DNA from: Candidatus Sordicultor fermentans
GTDB lineage: Bacteria; Atribacterota; Atribacteria; Atribacterales; Caldatribacteriaceae
Direction: 5' to 3'
Assembly (NCBI GenBank): GCA_002385475.1
Contig: DGDO01000021.1
Coordinates: forward strand, 1 to 50,683
Length of the DNA stretch: 50,683 bases
Positions within the stretch are counted from its first letter, which is position 1. Each line of letters starts with the position of its first letter. The position numbers were made by a program, and so were the translations under genes. Shown here piece after piece: positions 20,657-30,656 of the stretch. The notes beneath the pieces were generated by a model. That model searched no databases, was not told where the DNA came from, and saw only the letters and a program-made list of their open reading frames with translations.

Positions 20657-20742
20657 TGGTGCGAGAGGCGGGAGTTGAACCCGCACGGGGTTTCACCCAC
20701 TGGATCCTAAGTCCAGCGCGTCTTCCATTCCGCCACTCTCGC
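20657..20742 (-). tRNA. tRNA-Leu (anticodon UAG), class II with long variable arm, CCA encoded
   Basis: The minus strand reads GCGAGAG-TG-GCGGAATGGAAGACGCG-CTGGA CTTAGGA TCCAG-TGGGTGAAACCCCGT-GCGGGTTCAACTCCCGC-CTCTCGC-A-CCA. It folds by hand into a cloverleaf with a 7-bp acceptor stem, a 5-bp anticodon stem with loop CUUAGGA, a long variable arm and a T-arm. Confidence 0.93.
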
Positions 20743-20816
20743 AACACTGAAATTTTAAGACAATTTATATTTTCTGACAACCCCCTGGTAACTTGGCTCT
20801 ATAGAGAGTAAATACT

Positions 20817-21833
20817 TCAAGAAATTTCTTGAGCTAAAAGTTCAGCAATTTGCACCGCGTTTAGCGCTGCTCCCTTTCTTAGTTGATCTCCCACCACCCA
20901 GAGACTTAAACCCGAAGGAGAGGAAATATCTTCCCTTATTCTTCCCACTAAACATTCATCTTTTCCTACCGCCATTAAAGGAGTAGGATAAAGAAGGTGT
21001 TCTGGATCATCTACTACCTTCACTCCCGGAAAAGAAGATAAAAGCTCTATAGCTTTGCCTCTGGTTATTTTTCTTTCCGTTTCTATATTAATAGCCACCG
21101 AATGGGCACGAAATACTGGAACCCGAACACAAGTAGCGCTGATTAAGAGGTTTTCCTCCTCCAGTATTTTTTGGCTCTCCCAGACCATTTTCATTTCTTC
21201 TTTAGTGTAGTAATTGTCCAGAAAGGTATCGATATGGGGTATCACATTAAAAGCAATTTGCTGGGGGAAAACACGAGGCACTATTTCTTCCTGATTCACA
21301 TAAGCTCTGACTTGCTCTTCTAACTCCGCCATGGCTTCCGCTCCTGCGCCTGAGGTAGCCTGGTAACTGGCAGCTATTATCCTTTTGATTTTCCCATAGT
21401 CGTGCAAAGGCTTCAAGGGCATAAGAGAAATGGTAGTGGTACAGTTGGGGTTGGCAATGATATTTCTTCGGCTGTAATCTTTAATCCGATGAGGATTAAT
21501 CTCCGGAATGATTAAGGGAATATCGGGGTCTTGCCGGAAAGCTGAGGAATTATCTATCACCACACAACCACTCTGTGCCGCCAGAGGGGCAAATTCTCGG
21601 CTTACGGAAGCACCGGCGCTAAAAAGAGCGATATCTACTCCCTGAAAGCTATTTTCACTTAAGGCTTCCACTGTCCACTCCTTACCCCGGAAAAGCACTT
21701 TCTTCCCTTGAGAGCGGGAAGAAGCCAGAGGCCGGAGCTCTGAAACTGGAAAGTTTCTCTCCTCTAAAACCTTGAGCATCTCCTGCCCCACTGCCCCAGT
21801 CACTCCTGCTACCGCCACCTTAAACTTCTTCAT
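20817..21833 (-). CDS. asd: aspartate-semialdehyde dehydrogenase
   Basis: The N-terminal Rossmann motif (VAVAGVTGAVGQEM), the active-site motif NPNCTTI and the 338-aa length fit Asd. Confidence 0.95.
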   Translation of the reverse strand: MKKFKVAVAGVTGAVGQEMLKVLEERNFPVSELRPLASSRSQGKKVLFRGKEWTVEALSENSFQGVDIALFSAGASVSREFAPLAAQSGCVVIDNSSAFRQDPDIPLIIPEINPHRIKDYSRRNIIANPNCTTTISLMPLKPLHDYGKIKRIIAASYQATSGAGAEAMAELEEQVRAYVNQEEIVPRVFPQQIAFNVIPHIDTFLDNYYTKEEMKMVWESQKILEEENLLISATCVRVPVFRAHSVAINIETERKITRGKAIELLSSFPGVKVVDDPEHLLYPTPLMAVGKDECLVGRIREDISSPSGLSLWVVGDQLRKGAALNAVQIAELLAQEIS

Positions 21834-23052
21834 TGAGCCTCACCTCCTGCATAATGAACTCTTCATGCAAAACTTTTACTGCTTCTTCCATCAAATCCCG
21901 GGGGATGAGACAAGAAATCCGAGAATTAGAAGTACTGATCATATCTATATTTATCCCTGCCCGAGCTAAAGCGTTAAACATCCGATAAGCAATATTAGGG
22001 CTGCTGGCTATCCCTGCTCCTACTAAAGATACCCGGCTCATTGTTTCATCAAACTTCATTCCCTGAAAAGACAATTCTTTCTCCAGGCAAGCGATGGCCT
22101 TTCTCACTTTTTCTTCATCTTCCCGAGAAGCTACAAAAGCCAAGTCTTTGTAGTCTTCCCTTCCTTCACTCTGAATAATCATATCAATGAAAACTGAAAA
22201 ATCGGACAAAGCTTTAAAAATCTGTGCTGCTACTCCCGGTTGATTAGGTACTCCTAATAACACTATTTTTAACATATCCCCGCTGTGAGTAATTGCCTTT
22301 ACTCTCACTTCTTCCATACTATTTATTTCTTCCACCCAGGTTCCCTCCCTTTCTGAAAAAGTAGAACGAACGTGCACCCTCACTCCATAGGCTTGAGAAA
22401 AGTCCACCGCTCGGGGTTGCAAAACTTTAGCCCCCAAAGTAGCCATCTCTGACATTTCTTCATAAGAGAGGCGGGCAATTTTTTTAGCCTGAGGAACAAG
22501 ATGAGGATCAGCAGTAAACACCCCTTGGACGTCAGTATAAATCTCACAGAAATCAGCGCTCAGTGCTGCAGCAAGAGCGCAGGCAGTAACATCGCTCCCT
22601 CCTCTTCCCAGGGTAGTGATATCTCCTTGAGGGGTTCTACCCTGAAAACCAGCTACTATCACCACCTGGTGTTTGAGAAGCAAATCTTTTATCCTCCGGG
22701 TATCTATATGGAAAATTTTAGCTTTGGTATAGGTATCAGTGGTAATGATTCCTGCTTGCCCTCCGGTCAAAGAAACAGAGCTCACCCCTAAAGAAGAAAG
22801 AGCAATGGATAAAAGAGATATGGAAACTTGCTCTCCGGTAGAAAGTAACATATCCAGCTCTCTTTCCGGGGGAAAAGGGTTTAAGCTTTTAGCCAGGGAA
22901 ATAAGCTGATCAGTGGTTTTTCCCATAGCAGAAACCACTACTACTAATTCATGCCCTTCATCCCTGCACTTTTTTACCCGGGAAGCTACCAGCCTGATTT
23001 TATCCAGATCGGCTAAAGAAGAGCCCCCGTATTTTTGCACTATGAGGCTCAT
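21820..23052 (-). CDS. lysC: aspartate kinase (with C-terminal ACT domains)
   Basis: It has [27 protein letters not shown] and GRGGSDVTA motifs, plus two ACT-like repeats at the C-terminus. It overlaps asd by 14 nt and thrB by 4 nt. Confidence 0.93.
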   Translation of the reverse strand: MSLIVQKYGGSSLADLDKIRLVASRVKKCRDEGHELVVVVSAMGKTTDQLISLAKSLNPFPPERELDMLLSTGEQVSISLLSIALSSLGVSSVSLTGGQAGIITTDTYTKAKIFHIDTRRIKDLLLKHQVVIVAGFQGRTPQGDITTLGRGGSDVTACALAAALSADFCEIYTDVQGVFTADPHLVPQAKKIARLSYEEMSEMATLGAKVLQPRAVDFSQAYGVRVHVRSTFSEREGTWVEEINSMEEVRVKAITHSGDMLKIVLLGVPNQPGVAAQIFKALSDFSVFIDMIIQSEGREDYKDLAFVASREDEEKVRKAIACLEKELSFQGMKFDETMSRVSLVGAGIASSPNIAYRMFNALARAGINIDMISTSNSRISCLIPRDLMEEAVKVLHEEFIMQEVRLNEEV

Positions 23053-23948
23053 AGCTTTCTCACCCTTGCTCCATCTTCTACCGCTTCTACTTTTTTTATT
23101 TCTACGCTTACTCCCCAGGATTGAAAAATTTTTCCCAGATCCTCTTCTTCTTCCTCTCTCAAAGGTCGAGATAAAAAAAGAATTAAAGCAGGTCCTGAGC
23201 CACTAATAGCCACATTCCCCAGATTTCTTTTCTGGATATATTCTTTAACCTCGCTAAACCCTTTAATTTTAGCCCCCCGATAGGGCTGATGAATCTCATC
23301 TTCTAAAGATAAAAAGAATCCTTCTTTATCTCCGGTAAAAATACTCCCTAAAAGATAGGCAAGAGATGATAGAGTAAAAACTACTTTGTCCCGGGGATAA
23401 GAAGAAGGAAGAACTTTTCTCATTTCCTCGGTAGATAGAGTATAATCAGGGATGCAAACTACCATCTCCACTTCTCGTAAAAAGGGAAGTTGATGATAAA
23501 AAATTCTTCCTTCTCGGAGAAGAGCTATGGTGAACCCTCCCAAAAAAGCAGGTAAAACATTGTCAGAGTGTCCTTCTATTTGCGAAGCTACTTCTATCAT
23601 CTGGGATAAATTCAACACCCTCCCCATTACCTCATTGGCAGATAGCACTCCCGCTACAATACAGGCGGCACTGCTTCCCAGACCCCGGGAAATGGGTATC
23701 TCATTAAAAGCCTTTACTCTCATCCCCTGTCCGGGAAAACTCGCCTTCTCCCAGGTTTTTCTGACTGCATGAAAGAAAAGGTTATCTTCTTCCTTTATTT
23801 TCCCCTCTCCCTCTCCCTGATGGTACAAATGGAATCCCTCTCCCTCGCTACTTACCTCTACCCGATAAAAAAGGTTAAGAGCCAGACCTAAAACGTCAAA
23901 CCCACAAGCCAAATTGGCTGAGGTAGCTGGAACACACACTTCAAACAT
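23049..23948 (-). CDS. thrB: homoserine kinase
   Basis: It has [19 protein letters not shown] and the GHMP kinase motif [11 protein letters not shown]. The length is 299 aa. Confidence 0.93.
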   Translation of the reverse strand: MFEVCVPATSANLACGFDVLGLALNLFYRVEVSSEGEGFHLYHQGEGEGKIKEEDNLFFHAVRKTWEKASFPGQGMRVKAFNEIPISRGLGSSAACIVAGVLSANEVMGRVLNLSQMIEVASQIEGHSDNVLPAFLGGFTIALLREGRIFYHQLPFLREVEMVVCIPDYTLSTEEMRKVLPSSYPRDKVVFTLSSLAYLLGSIFTGDKEGFFLSLEDEIHQPYRGAKIKGFSEVKEYIQKRNLGNVAISGSGPALILFLSRPLREEEEEDLGKIFQSWGVSVEIKKVEAVEDGARVRKL

Positions 23949-25011
23949 GTTCTCTCTCCAATCCCAAAATTTCTACCACTTCTTCTGCGGATGCTCCTAC
24001 TTCTTCAATTCTTCCCTCACCTTGTTTTATGGCAATGTCGGGGTCTTTGAGCCCGTGTCCGGTTAAAACGCAAACTATGGTTTCCCTGCCGGTAAAAAAG
24101 CCCTCTTCAGATTTTTTCAACACTCCGGCAAAAGAAGCTGCAGAAGCTGGCTCTACAAATATCCCCTCTTCTTCAGCCAGCATCCTTTGCGCCTGTAAAA
24201 TTTCTTCATCACTCACTGCTTCAATCAAGCCTCCTGACTCATCCCGAGCAGCGATAGCTCCCTTCCAGCTGGCAGGGTTTCCAATCCGGATAGCAGTAGC
24301 CACCGTTTGAGGATTAGAAACAGGTTTTCCGGAAACTAAAGGAGCCGCTCCTTCGGCTTGAAAGCCTAACATTCGGGGAAGAGAGGTAATTTTCCCCTTC
24401 TCTTTTAGCTCTTTAAACCCTTTCCAGTAAGCAGTGATGTTTCCCGCGTTACCCACGGGTAGCGCAAGATAGTCAGGACTTTCCCCCAGCCACTCTACCA
24501 CTTCAAACGCCGCAGTTTTTTGCCCCTCAATACGATAAGGATTAAGGGAGTTAACCAGAGCCACCGGATAGTGAGAAGTTATATATCTCACTATAGAAAG
24601 AGCATCGTCAAAGTTTCCTTGCACTGCCAGAACTCGTGCTCCGTGCATAAGAGCCTGGGAGAGTTTTCCCAGCGCGATTTTCCCCTGAGGGATAAGAACA
24701 ATGCAGGAAAGACCGGCTCTTTGCGCATAAGCTGCAGCTGATGCGGAAGTGTTACCAGTAGAAGCACACATCACCACAGCTCTACCTTCTTCTTTGGCTT
24801 TAGCCACTGCTACCACCATCCCCCGGTCTTTAAATGAGCCGGTGGGGTTCATGCCTTCAAATTTAAAATAAAGTTTTCCTGCTCCTAACTTCTCTACCAG
24901 CTGATAAGACTCCACAAGAGGAGTGTTTCCCTCATTTAGAGTAATAAGAGGAGTATGAGATGTTACAGGAAGGTAATCGGCAAAATACTCCAACACTCCA
25001 GGCCAGCGCAA
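23941..25011 (-). CDS. thrC: threonine synthase (the ORF is open to 25074; the likely start is TTG at 25011)
   Basis: The sequence is strongly similar in pattern to Bacillus-type ThrC (EGNTPL...[22 protein letters not shown]...[15 protein letters not shown]...[14 protein letters not shown]...[14 protein letters not shown]). AAAGGAGG lies 7 nt before the TTG at 25011..25009. That start gives (M)[15 protein letters not shown], matching the usual short N-terminus. Confidence 0.9.
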   Translation of the reverse strand: MRWPGVLEYFADYLPVTSHTPLITLNEGNTPLVESYQLVEKLGAGKLYFKFEGMNPTGSFKDRGMVVAVAKAKEEGRAVVMCASTGNTSASAAAYAQRAGLSCIVLIPQGKIALGKLSQALMHGARVLAVQGNFDDALSIVRYITSHYPVALVNSLNPYRIEGQKTAAFEVVEWLGESPDYLALPVGNAGNITAYWKGFKELKEKGKITSLPRMLGFQAEGAAPLVSGKPVSNPQTVATAIRIGNPASWKGAIAARDESGGLIEAVSDEEILQAQRMLAEEEGIFVEPASAASFAGVLKKSEEGFFTGRETIVCVLTGHGLKDPDIAIKQGEGRIEEVGASAEEVVEILGLEREHV

Positions 25012-25372
25012 AGTCAAACCTCCTTTACCAAAACAGATTTTCATTAGCATACCACAACTATTCTTCTGAATCATCAGTTTTCAATACTAAATTTAAAAAG
25101 TAAAGGAGATTTAAACCCCTTATGGCATCTCTCTACTCAGTGCTCTCTAATCTTTATTTGGTGCTGGGTGTTTAACCGACTCAGAATGTCCAATATAGTC
25201 ATAGTCTTTAGGAGAATACTGAGAAAATACTTGAAGAAAGGAGAAGGACCCCGGGAATGGATAACTGAATTCCCGAGGCCCCCCAAAAGGTACGATTATT
25301 GTATCACACTACACTAGTAAATGGGGTAGCATATTGCCCGAGACTTAGTGAAAGAATTTCAAAAGCCTTCCT

Positions 25373-27403
25373 CTAACAAGCCTCACAATACTTCTCTGCT
25401 CCCAGATATAGTACCTGTTGAGGTCGGCTACCGTAGCGATAAACAGTAATCCCTTTGCACTTTAGCTCATGAGCCAGAAGATATGCTTCTTCCACATCTT
25501 GAGGAGTAGCACTTTCCGGGAGATTGATGGTTTTAGAAACGGCGTTATCCACATATTTCTGAAAAGCGGCCTGCATCCGAATGTGGAAGGAAGGAGGAAT
25601 TTCTAAAGCAGTAATAAAGAGACGGTGAAGCTCCTCCGGAACATCAACTCCTTCCAGGTTCCCTTTTTCCAAAATTACCTTCCAGATTTCTTCCGGAATT
25701 TGATAACTTTTCAATTTTTCTTCTAAAAGAGGATTAACCTCCAGGAGTTCTGTATTATCCAGAACATAGCGGCGAAAAGCCAAAGCAAAAAAGGGCTCTA
25801 TACCACTGGATACAGAAGCAATCAAACTTATACTTCCGGTGGGGGCAATAGAGGTAAGAGTGGCATTGCGAAGGGGTAAATTCTTGTCTTTCCAGATACT
25901 TTCAGGATAATTGGGAAAAGTGCCTCGCTCCTCGGCCAGCTCTTGAGAAGCACACCGAGCTTGCAAAGAAATAAAGTTCATCACTTCTTCAGCAATTTTT
26001 AAGGCTTCCTCACTATAATAGGAAACTCCGATTTTAGCTAACATATCAGCAAAACCCATCACTCCTAAGCCTATTTTCCGGTTTCCCTCTACCATTTTTT
26101 GTACTTGAGGAAGGGGATAGCGATTAGCATCGATAACATTATCCAGAAAATGTACCGCCCTTTTAACTGTTTCTTTTATTCTCTGGTAGTCAATTTTCCC
26201 TCCTTCTACCATCCGAGCTAAGTTGATAGAACCCAGATTACAGGATTCATAAGGTAAAAGAGGGACTTCCCCACAAGGATTAGTGGCTTCAATTATACCC
26301 TGGGAAGGGGTAGGATTATGGCGATTTATTTCATCTAAAAATATAAGACCTGGCTCTCCACTTCTCCAGGCGCTCTGGGCCAGCATCTTAAAAAGCTCCC
26401 GAGCGTTTATTTTCTCCCACACTTTTCCATCCTTGGGATTACAGAGTTCCAGTTCTTCCCCTTTCCGCACTTTTTCCATTTCTTCATCAGTTATGGCCAC
26501 AGAAAGATTGAAATTTTCCAGAAAGCCAGTTTTTTCTTTGGCATGGATAAATTCTCGAATATCAGGATGATTAAAGCGCAAAATACCCATATTAGCTCCC
26601 CGGCGTTTTCCACCCTGTTTCACTACTTCGGTAGCGGTATCAAAAATTCGCATAAAAGAAACCGGACCCGAGGCTCTGCCACCGGTTGTGGAAACCCGAT
26701 CCCCTCGAGGGCGAAGATGAGTAAAAGTGAAGCCAGTACCTCCCCCTGATTTATGGATGAGAGCCATCTCCCGGAGGGCATCAAATATGGATTCTATGGA
26801 ATCTTCTACTGGTAAAACAAAGCAAGCCGAAAGCTGCCCCAGAGGAGTTCCGGCATTCATCAAAGTAGGGGAATTGGGCAAAAAGTAGAGAGAGGTCAGC
26901 ATTTCGTAGAATTCAGAGTAAGCTTTATCTACATCCTTCCCGTAGCGAGCGTCCACCTCAGCTACAGCTCTGGCTACTCGCTTCATCATCTTGCGAGGAG
27001 TCTCTATTATTCTTCCCTCTTCATCCCTCAAGAGGTAGCGCTCCTGTAACACTTGCACAGCATTTAGAGAAAGTTTAAGGTCGTCTTTCACTCCAAAAAG
27101 CTTCTGTTTCGCTTCTCGCAGCTCTCTTCTTTTTTCCCGGTAGAGAATATAGGCTCGAGCTACCTCCGGAAACCCCTCCCTCATTAATACCTCTTCTACA
27201 GTATCCTGGATTTCTTCTACCTCAGGTATAGATGATTTGACCCGCTCCGGTAAAAGTTTTAAAACTTCGCCAGTGAGTTTTTCTGCCTCTTCCTCGCTTT
27301 CCTTCCCACAAGCAGCAAGAGCTTTGTAAATGGCTTTAGTAATTTTCGCTGGAGAGAAATCTTCTAATTCTCCATTTCTTTTTCTCACCTTTTCCCAGGA
27401 CAA
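25373..27403 (-). CDS. nrdJ: adenosylcobalamin-dependent (class II) ribonucleotide reductase with N-terminal ATP-cone
   Basis: The N-terminal ATP-cone (KVRKRNGELEDFSPAKITKAI), SPTLMNAG, the catalytic-site motif TNPCGE...ESCNLGSINL, the 676-aa monomeric class II architecture and a C-terminal Cys pair (CEAC) fit NrdJ. Confidence 0.9.
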   Translation of the reverse strand: MSWEKVRKRNGELEDFSPAKITKAIYKALAACGKESEEEAEKLTGEVLKLLPERVKSSIPEVEEIQDTVEEVLMREGFPEVARAYILYREKRRELREAKQKLFGVKDDLKLSLNAVQVLQERYLLRDEEGRIIETPRKMMKRVARAVAEVDARYGKDVDKAYSEFYEMLTSLYFLPNSPTLMNAGTPLGQLSACFVLPVEDSIESIFDALREMALIHKSGGGTGFTFTHLRPRGDRVSTTGGRASGPVSFMRIFDTATEVVKQGGKRRGANMGILRFNHPDIREFIHAKEKTGFLENFNLSVAITDEEMEKVRKGEELELCNPKDGKVWEKINARELFKMLAQSAWRSGEPGLIFLDEINRHNPTPSQGIIEATNPCGEVPLLPYESCNLGSINLARMVEGGKIDYQRIKETVKRAVHFLDNVIDANRYPLPQVQKMVEGNRKIGLGVMGFADMLAKIGVSYYSEEALKIAEEVMNFISLQARCASQELAEERGTFPNYPESIWKDKNLPLRNATLTSIAPTGSISLIASVSSGIEPFFALAFRRYVLDNTELLEVNPLLEEKLKSYQIPEEIWKVILEKGNLEGVDVPEELHRLFITALEIPPSFHIRMQAAFQKYVDNAVSKTINLPESATPQDVEEAYLLAHELKCKGITVYRYGSRPQQVLYLGAEKYCEAC

Positions 27404-27415
27404 AGCTATCCCTCC

Positions 27416-28063
27416 TCAATTATAAACTTTTTGCACCCACTCCCAGAACTCTTCCGGAGAGTGGAATACCCATTCTACCTCTTTTTCTTCTTCCTCTTCT
27501 CGAGGGAGAGAGTCCCAGAGAGTAAGAGCAAAGCGCACTCCTGCACTTTTCGCGGCTTCTGCATCCAAAGGAGAATCTCCCAGATATAGAGCCTCCTCCG
27601 GCTTAATCAGCAAAGTCTCCAGAATTTTTATCACCCCATCAGGATAAGGTTTGGGACGAGCAACTTCGTCTCCACACACCACCAGGTCAAACAAATCCTT
27701 TATATTTAATTTTTGTAACGTGATTTCAGCGCTTTTTCTTCCCTTGGAGGTAAAAAGAGCTTGTTTTACCCCATGCCCTCGAAGGTAGTTTATTATCTCC
27801 AACAAAAGAGGAAAAACTCCAACCAGCTCGTCGTGCTTTTCCTGGTAAAAACGGTAAAATTCCCGAAGAGCTTCGTCTTTCTTCTCTTTTCCTACTATTC
27901 TCTCTATTACCACATCTTCAGGTGGGCCATAAAGACTGACTATTTCGGAGGGAGTCATTTTCTTGTTTCCGTACTTTTCTGCCACCCAGGAAAAAGCTCC
28001 CCACAGAAGAGGAGAACTGGCTATTAGAGTGTTATCTAAATCCCAGATAAAAAGTTTAAACAT
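27416..28063 (-). CDS. HAD-superfamily hydrolase (phosphoglycolate phosphatase-like, subfamily IA)
   Basis: It has motif I (IWDLDNTL), motif II (LFTSK) and motif III/IV (K...YLGDSPLD). Confidence 0.8.
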   Translation of the reverse strand: MFKLFIWDLDNTLIASSPLLWGAFSWVAEKYGNKKMTPSEIVSLYGPPEDVVIERIVGKEKKDEALREFYRFYQEKHDELVGVFPLLLEIINYLRGHGVKQALFTSKGRKSAEITLQKLNIKDLFDLVVCGDEVARPKPYPDGVIKILETLLIKPEEALYLGDSPLDAEAAKSAGVRFALTLWDSLPREEEEEKEVEWVFHSPEEFWEWVQKVYN

Positions 28064-29108
28064 TTACCCTCCCTATTATTTCTTGTATCGCATCAAGGAG
28101 AGTTTTCATTTCTTCTTCTTTTCCTATGGTAATACGCAGAGAATCCGGCCATTGGGGAAAATAACGAACCAGTATCTTTCTTTTCTTTAACTCTTCATAG
28201 AGAAACTTTAAATCTCTTCCCTCTTTCCTGGCCATGATAAAATTAGCCTGGGAAGGATAAACCAGAAAACCCAGTTTTTCCATCTCTGCGGAGAACCATT
28301 CCCGGGTAGACTTGATTTTTTCTACATTTTTTCTCATGTGTTCCATGTCTTCTAAAGCTGCTGCTCCTCCTGCTTGAGACAAAATTCCCACATTGTAGGA
28401 ATCTTTGATTTTTAAAACCCCCCTCACTATGTCAGGATGAGCAAAAAGAAGCCCCACTCTAAGACCAGCCAGGGAAAAAGATTTGGAAAAGGTTCTTACT
28501 ATTATGAGATTGGGAAACTTTTGAAGAAGAGGAAGAGCACTACAGGGGGCAAAATCAACATATGCTTCATCTACTATTACAGGACAAGAAGAAAGAGAAA
28601 GTAATTTTTCTATTTGTGATAGAGGAAGGAAGGTTCCAGTGGGGGAGTTAGGGTTGCAAACTACTTTTAATTTAGCTGGAGAGGTCAAAAAACTCTCCGG
28701 AAGAGAAAAATCTGGAGGAAAAGGAATCTCCTCTCTCTCTGCTTCTTGAAGAAAAGCTAATGTCCGATAAAGGGTATAAGTGGGGAAAGGATAGGCCACC
28801 CGATCTCCTTTATCTAAAAAAAGACGAAAAAGGAGGTTTAGAAGCTCGTCCGAGCCATTTCCTACTACTATCCAGTCAAGAGGAAGTCCATAAACTTCCT
28901 GAGCTCTTTCCCTCAGTTCTCCTCCTAAAGGATGAGGATAGAGAGAAATCTTGCCCAGGCCGAGAGCTTCTTTAATTTTTTTCTCTACGAGAGGTGAAGG
29001 AGGATAGGGATTTTCGTTGGTATTGAGTTTTATGTACCCTTCTTTTTCCGGTTGCTCACCAGGAATATATTCTTCCATAAAATTGATTGCCTCTCGAAAA
29101 TAGCTCAT
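28056..29108 (-). CDS. hisC: histidinol-phosphate aminotransferase
   Basis: It has LNTNENPYPPSP, the PLP-lysine region (RTFSKSFSLAGLRVG) and a 350-aa length, fitting a class II aminotransferase. Confidence 0.88.
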   Translation of the reverse strand: MSYFREAINFMEEYIPGEQPEKEGYIKLNTNENPYPPSPLVEKKIKEALGLGKISLYPHPLGGELRERAQEVYGLPLDWIVVGNGSDELLNLLFRLFLDKGDRVAYPFPTYTLYRTLAFLQEAEREEIPFPPDFSLPESFLTSPAKLKVVCNPNSPTGTFLPLSQIEKLLSLSSCPVIVDEAYVDFAPCSALPLLQKFPNLIIVRTFSKSFSLAGLRVGLLFAHPDIVRGVLKIKDSYNVGILSQAGGAAALEDMEHMRKNVEKIKSTREWFSAEMEKLGFLVYPSQANFIMARKEGRDLKFLYEELKKRKILVRYFPQWPDSLRITIGKEEEMKTLLDAIQEIIGRVNV

Positions 29109-29677
29109 TTCTTACCTCCCTTTCCCATCTGTTTCAAAATCTGGGTGCTTCTACCGCTGGGGTCATACAAAGTATAAACTTCAAGTAAGTTACGGAAATC
29201 CCCCTGAAAATCCAGACCGTAGCCTACCACATAGACATCAGGTATTTCAAAACAACAGTAATGTACAGGAACTTCTACAATCCTTCTTGCTGGACAATTC
29301 AGGAAAGTACAAACCTTAACGCCTTTAGGAAACCTCTTTTCCAGTTCTCGGGTCAAGAAATTGAGAGTCAAACCAGTGTCCACGATATCTTCTACAATCA
29401 AAACCTCTCTTTCTTTGAGGTCTATATCCGTGTCTTTTTCTATTTCCACTCGCAACAAACCTGGTTTAAATCCCGAAAGAGCCAAAAAATCCAGGTCAAA
29501 AGGTATTTCTAAGTTTCGAGTTAAATCTACTGCGAAATAAACCGCTCCTTTCAGAATTGCCACGAGTACCGGTCGTTTATTCTCATATTCCAGGGAAATA
29601 TTTTTTGCTACTTCTTCAACCCTCTCCTCAATTTCTTCTCTTCCGAAAAGCAGATTCCCTAAACGCCTCTCATTCAT
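29105..29677 (-). CDS. hpt: hypoxanthine(-guanine) phosphoribosyltransferase
   Basis: The PRPP-binding motif VLIVEDIVDTGLTL, the flanking pattern (LKGA..F..DL; YVVGYGLD) and the 190-aa length fit Hpt. Confidence 0.88.
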   Translation of the reverse strand: MNERRLGNLLFGREEIEERVEEVAKNISLEYENKRPVLVAILKGAVYFAVDLTRNLEIPFDLDFLALSGFKPGLLRVEIEKDTDIDLKEREVLIVEDIVDTGLTLNFLTRELEKRFPKGVKVCTFLNCPARRIVEVPVHYCCFEIPDVYVVGYGLDFQGDFRNLLEVYTLYDPSGRSTQILKQMGKGGKK

Positions 29678-30593
29678 TACTTTCTCCTTTTAAATGATTT
29701 AAAATATACTCATAATCCCGAGCGTAGACTACCCGGATTTTTACCTGGGGATAAAGCTCCCTCAGCCTTCTCACCTTACGATTTTTCTTCCGAGTTAATT
29801 TTTGCTTTTGGGTGGTTAGCTCAATAAAAAGGTCAAAGTCGGGAAGATAAAAGTCAGGAGCAAAAGCTTCACTGAGGTTACCCTCCTCATCCCACTCCAG
29901 GGGAAAGGTGCGTGGCTCATAAAGCCAGCGAACACCGTAAAAATCTAACACCCGGGCAAACTCTTCCTCTGAAGGATGAGAAAAAGTTATTCTCTGTCCT
30001 AAATCCTCCCGGGGAAAAAGAGGTTGTTCCTCCACCTTTTTAGGCTGAGGAGGGGTCACCACTTTATCCTGAGCTTCCAGAATTAAATCGGTAGCCTCAT
30101 TTACACCATAGAAATCAGTGTTAACCACTAAATGATAATAAACCGGATCTCTCCAGTCTATCCCGAAGGTTTGCCTTAAAAATCTTTCTCTTTGCTGGTC
30201 TTGTTCAGCGAGAATTCGACTGGCGGTTACCTCATCTTGCTGGTATTTCTCCATCGTCCGGCGCAAACGGGTAACCTGGGAGGCTACCACTAGAATATGA
30301 AAAGCAAAAGGACAATTCTCCAGAATCTTCTGCCCCCCTCTTCCCACCAGAATAAAGGGTTTCTTCGCCGCCCTCCGGGAAAGGAAAGAGCCCACTTCTA
30401 TAATCCAGCGATCTCGTTCTTTCTCATCCTCTGGAGGATCAGTGGGAAATTGAGAAGAAATATCTCTCAAGAGAGAAACAAATTTTTCTTTACCCAGCAA
30501 TTCCATTTTCAGTTTCTGAGAAAGCTTCTCGGCAATTTCATCTCCATAGCTTTCCACTTCTCGAGAAACGGTAATAATAGAAAAATTAGCCAC
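29670..30593 (-). CDS. cytidylate-kinase-like family protein (degenerate P-loop) fused to a C-terminal PD-(D/E)xK-like domain
   Basis: The N-terminal ~170 aa follow the Cytidylate_kin2 pattern (IITVSRE...; ILVGRGG..IL....FAFHILVVAS...R.RR........A...........R..F.....G.DW.D...YHLVVNT). However, VESYGD replaces the usual GSGG P-loop. The C-terminal ~100 aa contain FAPDFYLPDFDLFIELT..KQK, which resembles a restriction-endonuclease-fold core. Confidence 0.6.
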   Translation of the reverse strand: MANFSIITVSREVESYGDEIAEKLSQKLKMELLGKEKFVSLLRDISSQFPTDPPEDEKERDRWIIEVGSFLSRRAAKKPFILVGRGGQKILENCPFAFHILVVASQVTRLRRTMEKYQQDEVTASRILAEQDQQRERFLRQTFGIDWRDPVYYHLVVNTDFYGVNEATDLILEAQDKVVTPPQPKKVEEQPLFPREDLGQRITFSHPSEEEFARVLDFYGVRWLYEPRTFPLEWDEEGNLSEAFAPDFYLPDFDLFIELTTQKQKLTRKKNRKVRRLRELYPQVKIRVVYARDYEYILNHLKGESNE

Positions 30594-30656
30594 TTTCTTT
30601 TCACCAGTTTTCTATTATACTATCAAATAAGAGAATTAGAAAAAAGGGGCAATGAA

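Noticed and set aside
20580-20780. A 66-aa ORF, plus the N-terminal 35 codons of ORF 20392-20700, overlapping the tRNA-Leu gene.
   Set aside because: They run through a well-folded tRNA gene. Only the part downstream of Met at 20595 shows protein-like (integrase SAM-domain) sequence.
25012-25372. A possible riboswitch, T-box or attenuator in the ~360-nt leader of thrC (minus strand).
   Set aside because: I could not find T-box (GGUGGNACC-type), SAM, lysine or other riboswitch core motifs by eye. There are only generic hairpins, e.g. CGGGAAT/ATTCCCG around 25250-25277, which may simply terminate nrdJ. An Infernal scan is needed before making any claim.
27404-27415. A cobalamin riboswitch expected upstream of the B12-dependent nrdJ.
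   Set aside because: Only 12 nt separate nrdJ from the upstream HAD gene, so there is no room for a riboswitch. nrdJ is evidently co-transcribed with the upstream genes.
30297-30656. A 120-codon N-terminal extension of the TolB-like ORF.
   Set aside because: It is antisense to the cytidylate-kinase-like gene and has a low-complexity translation. A signal peptide with the start at 30657 (MKKVKII...) is the natural start.
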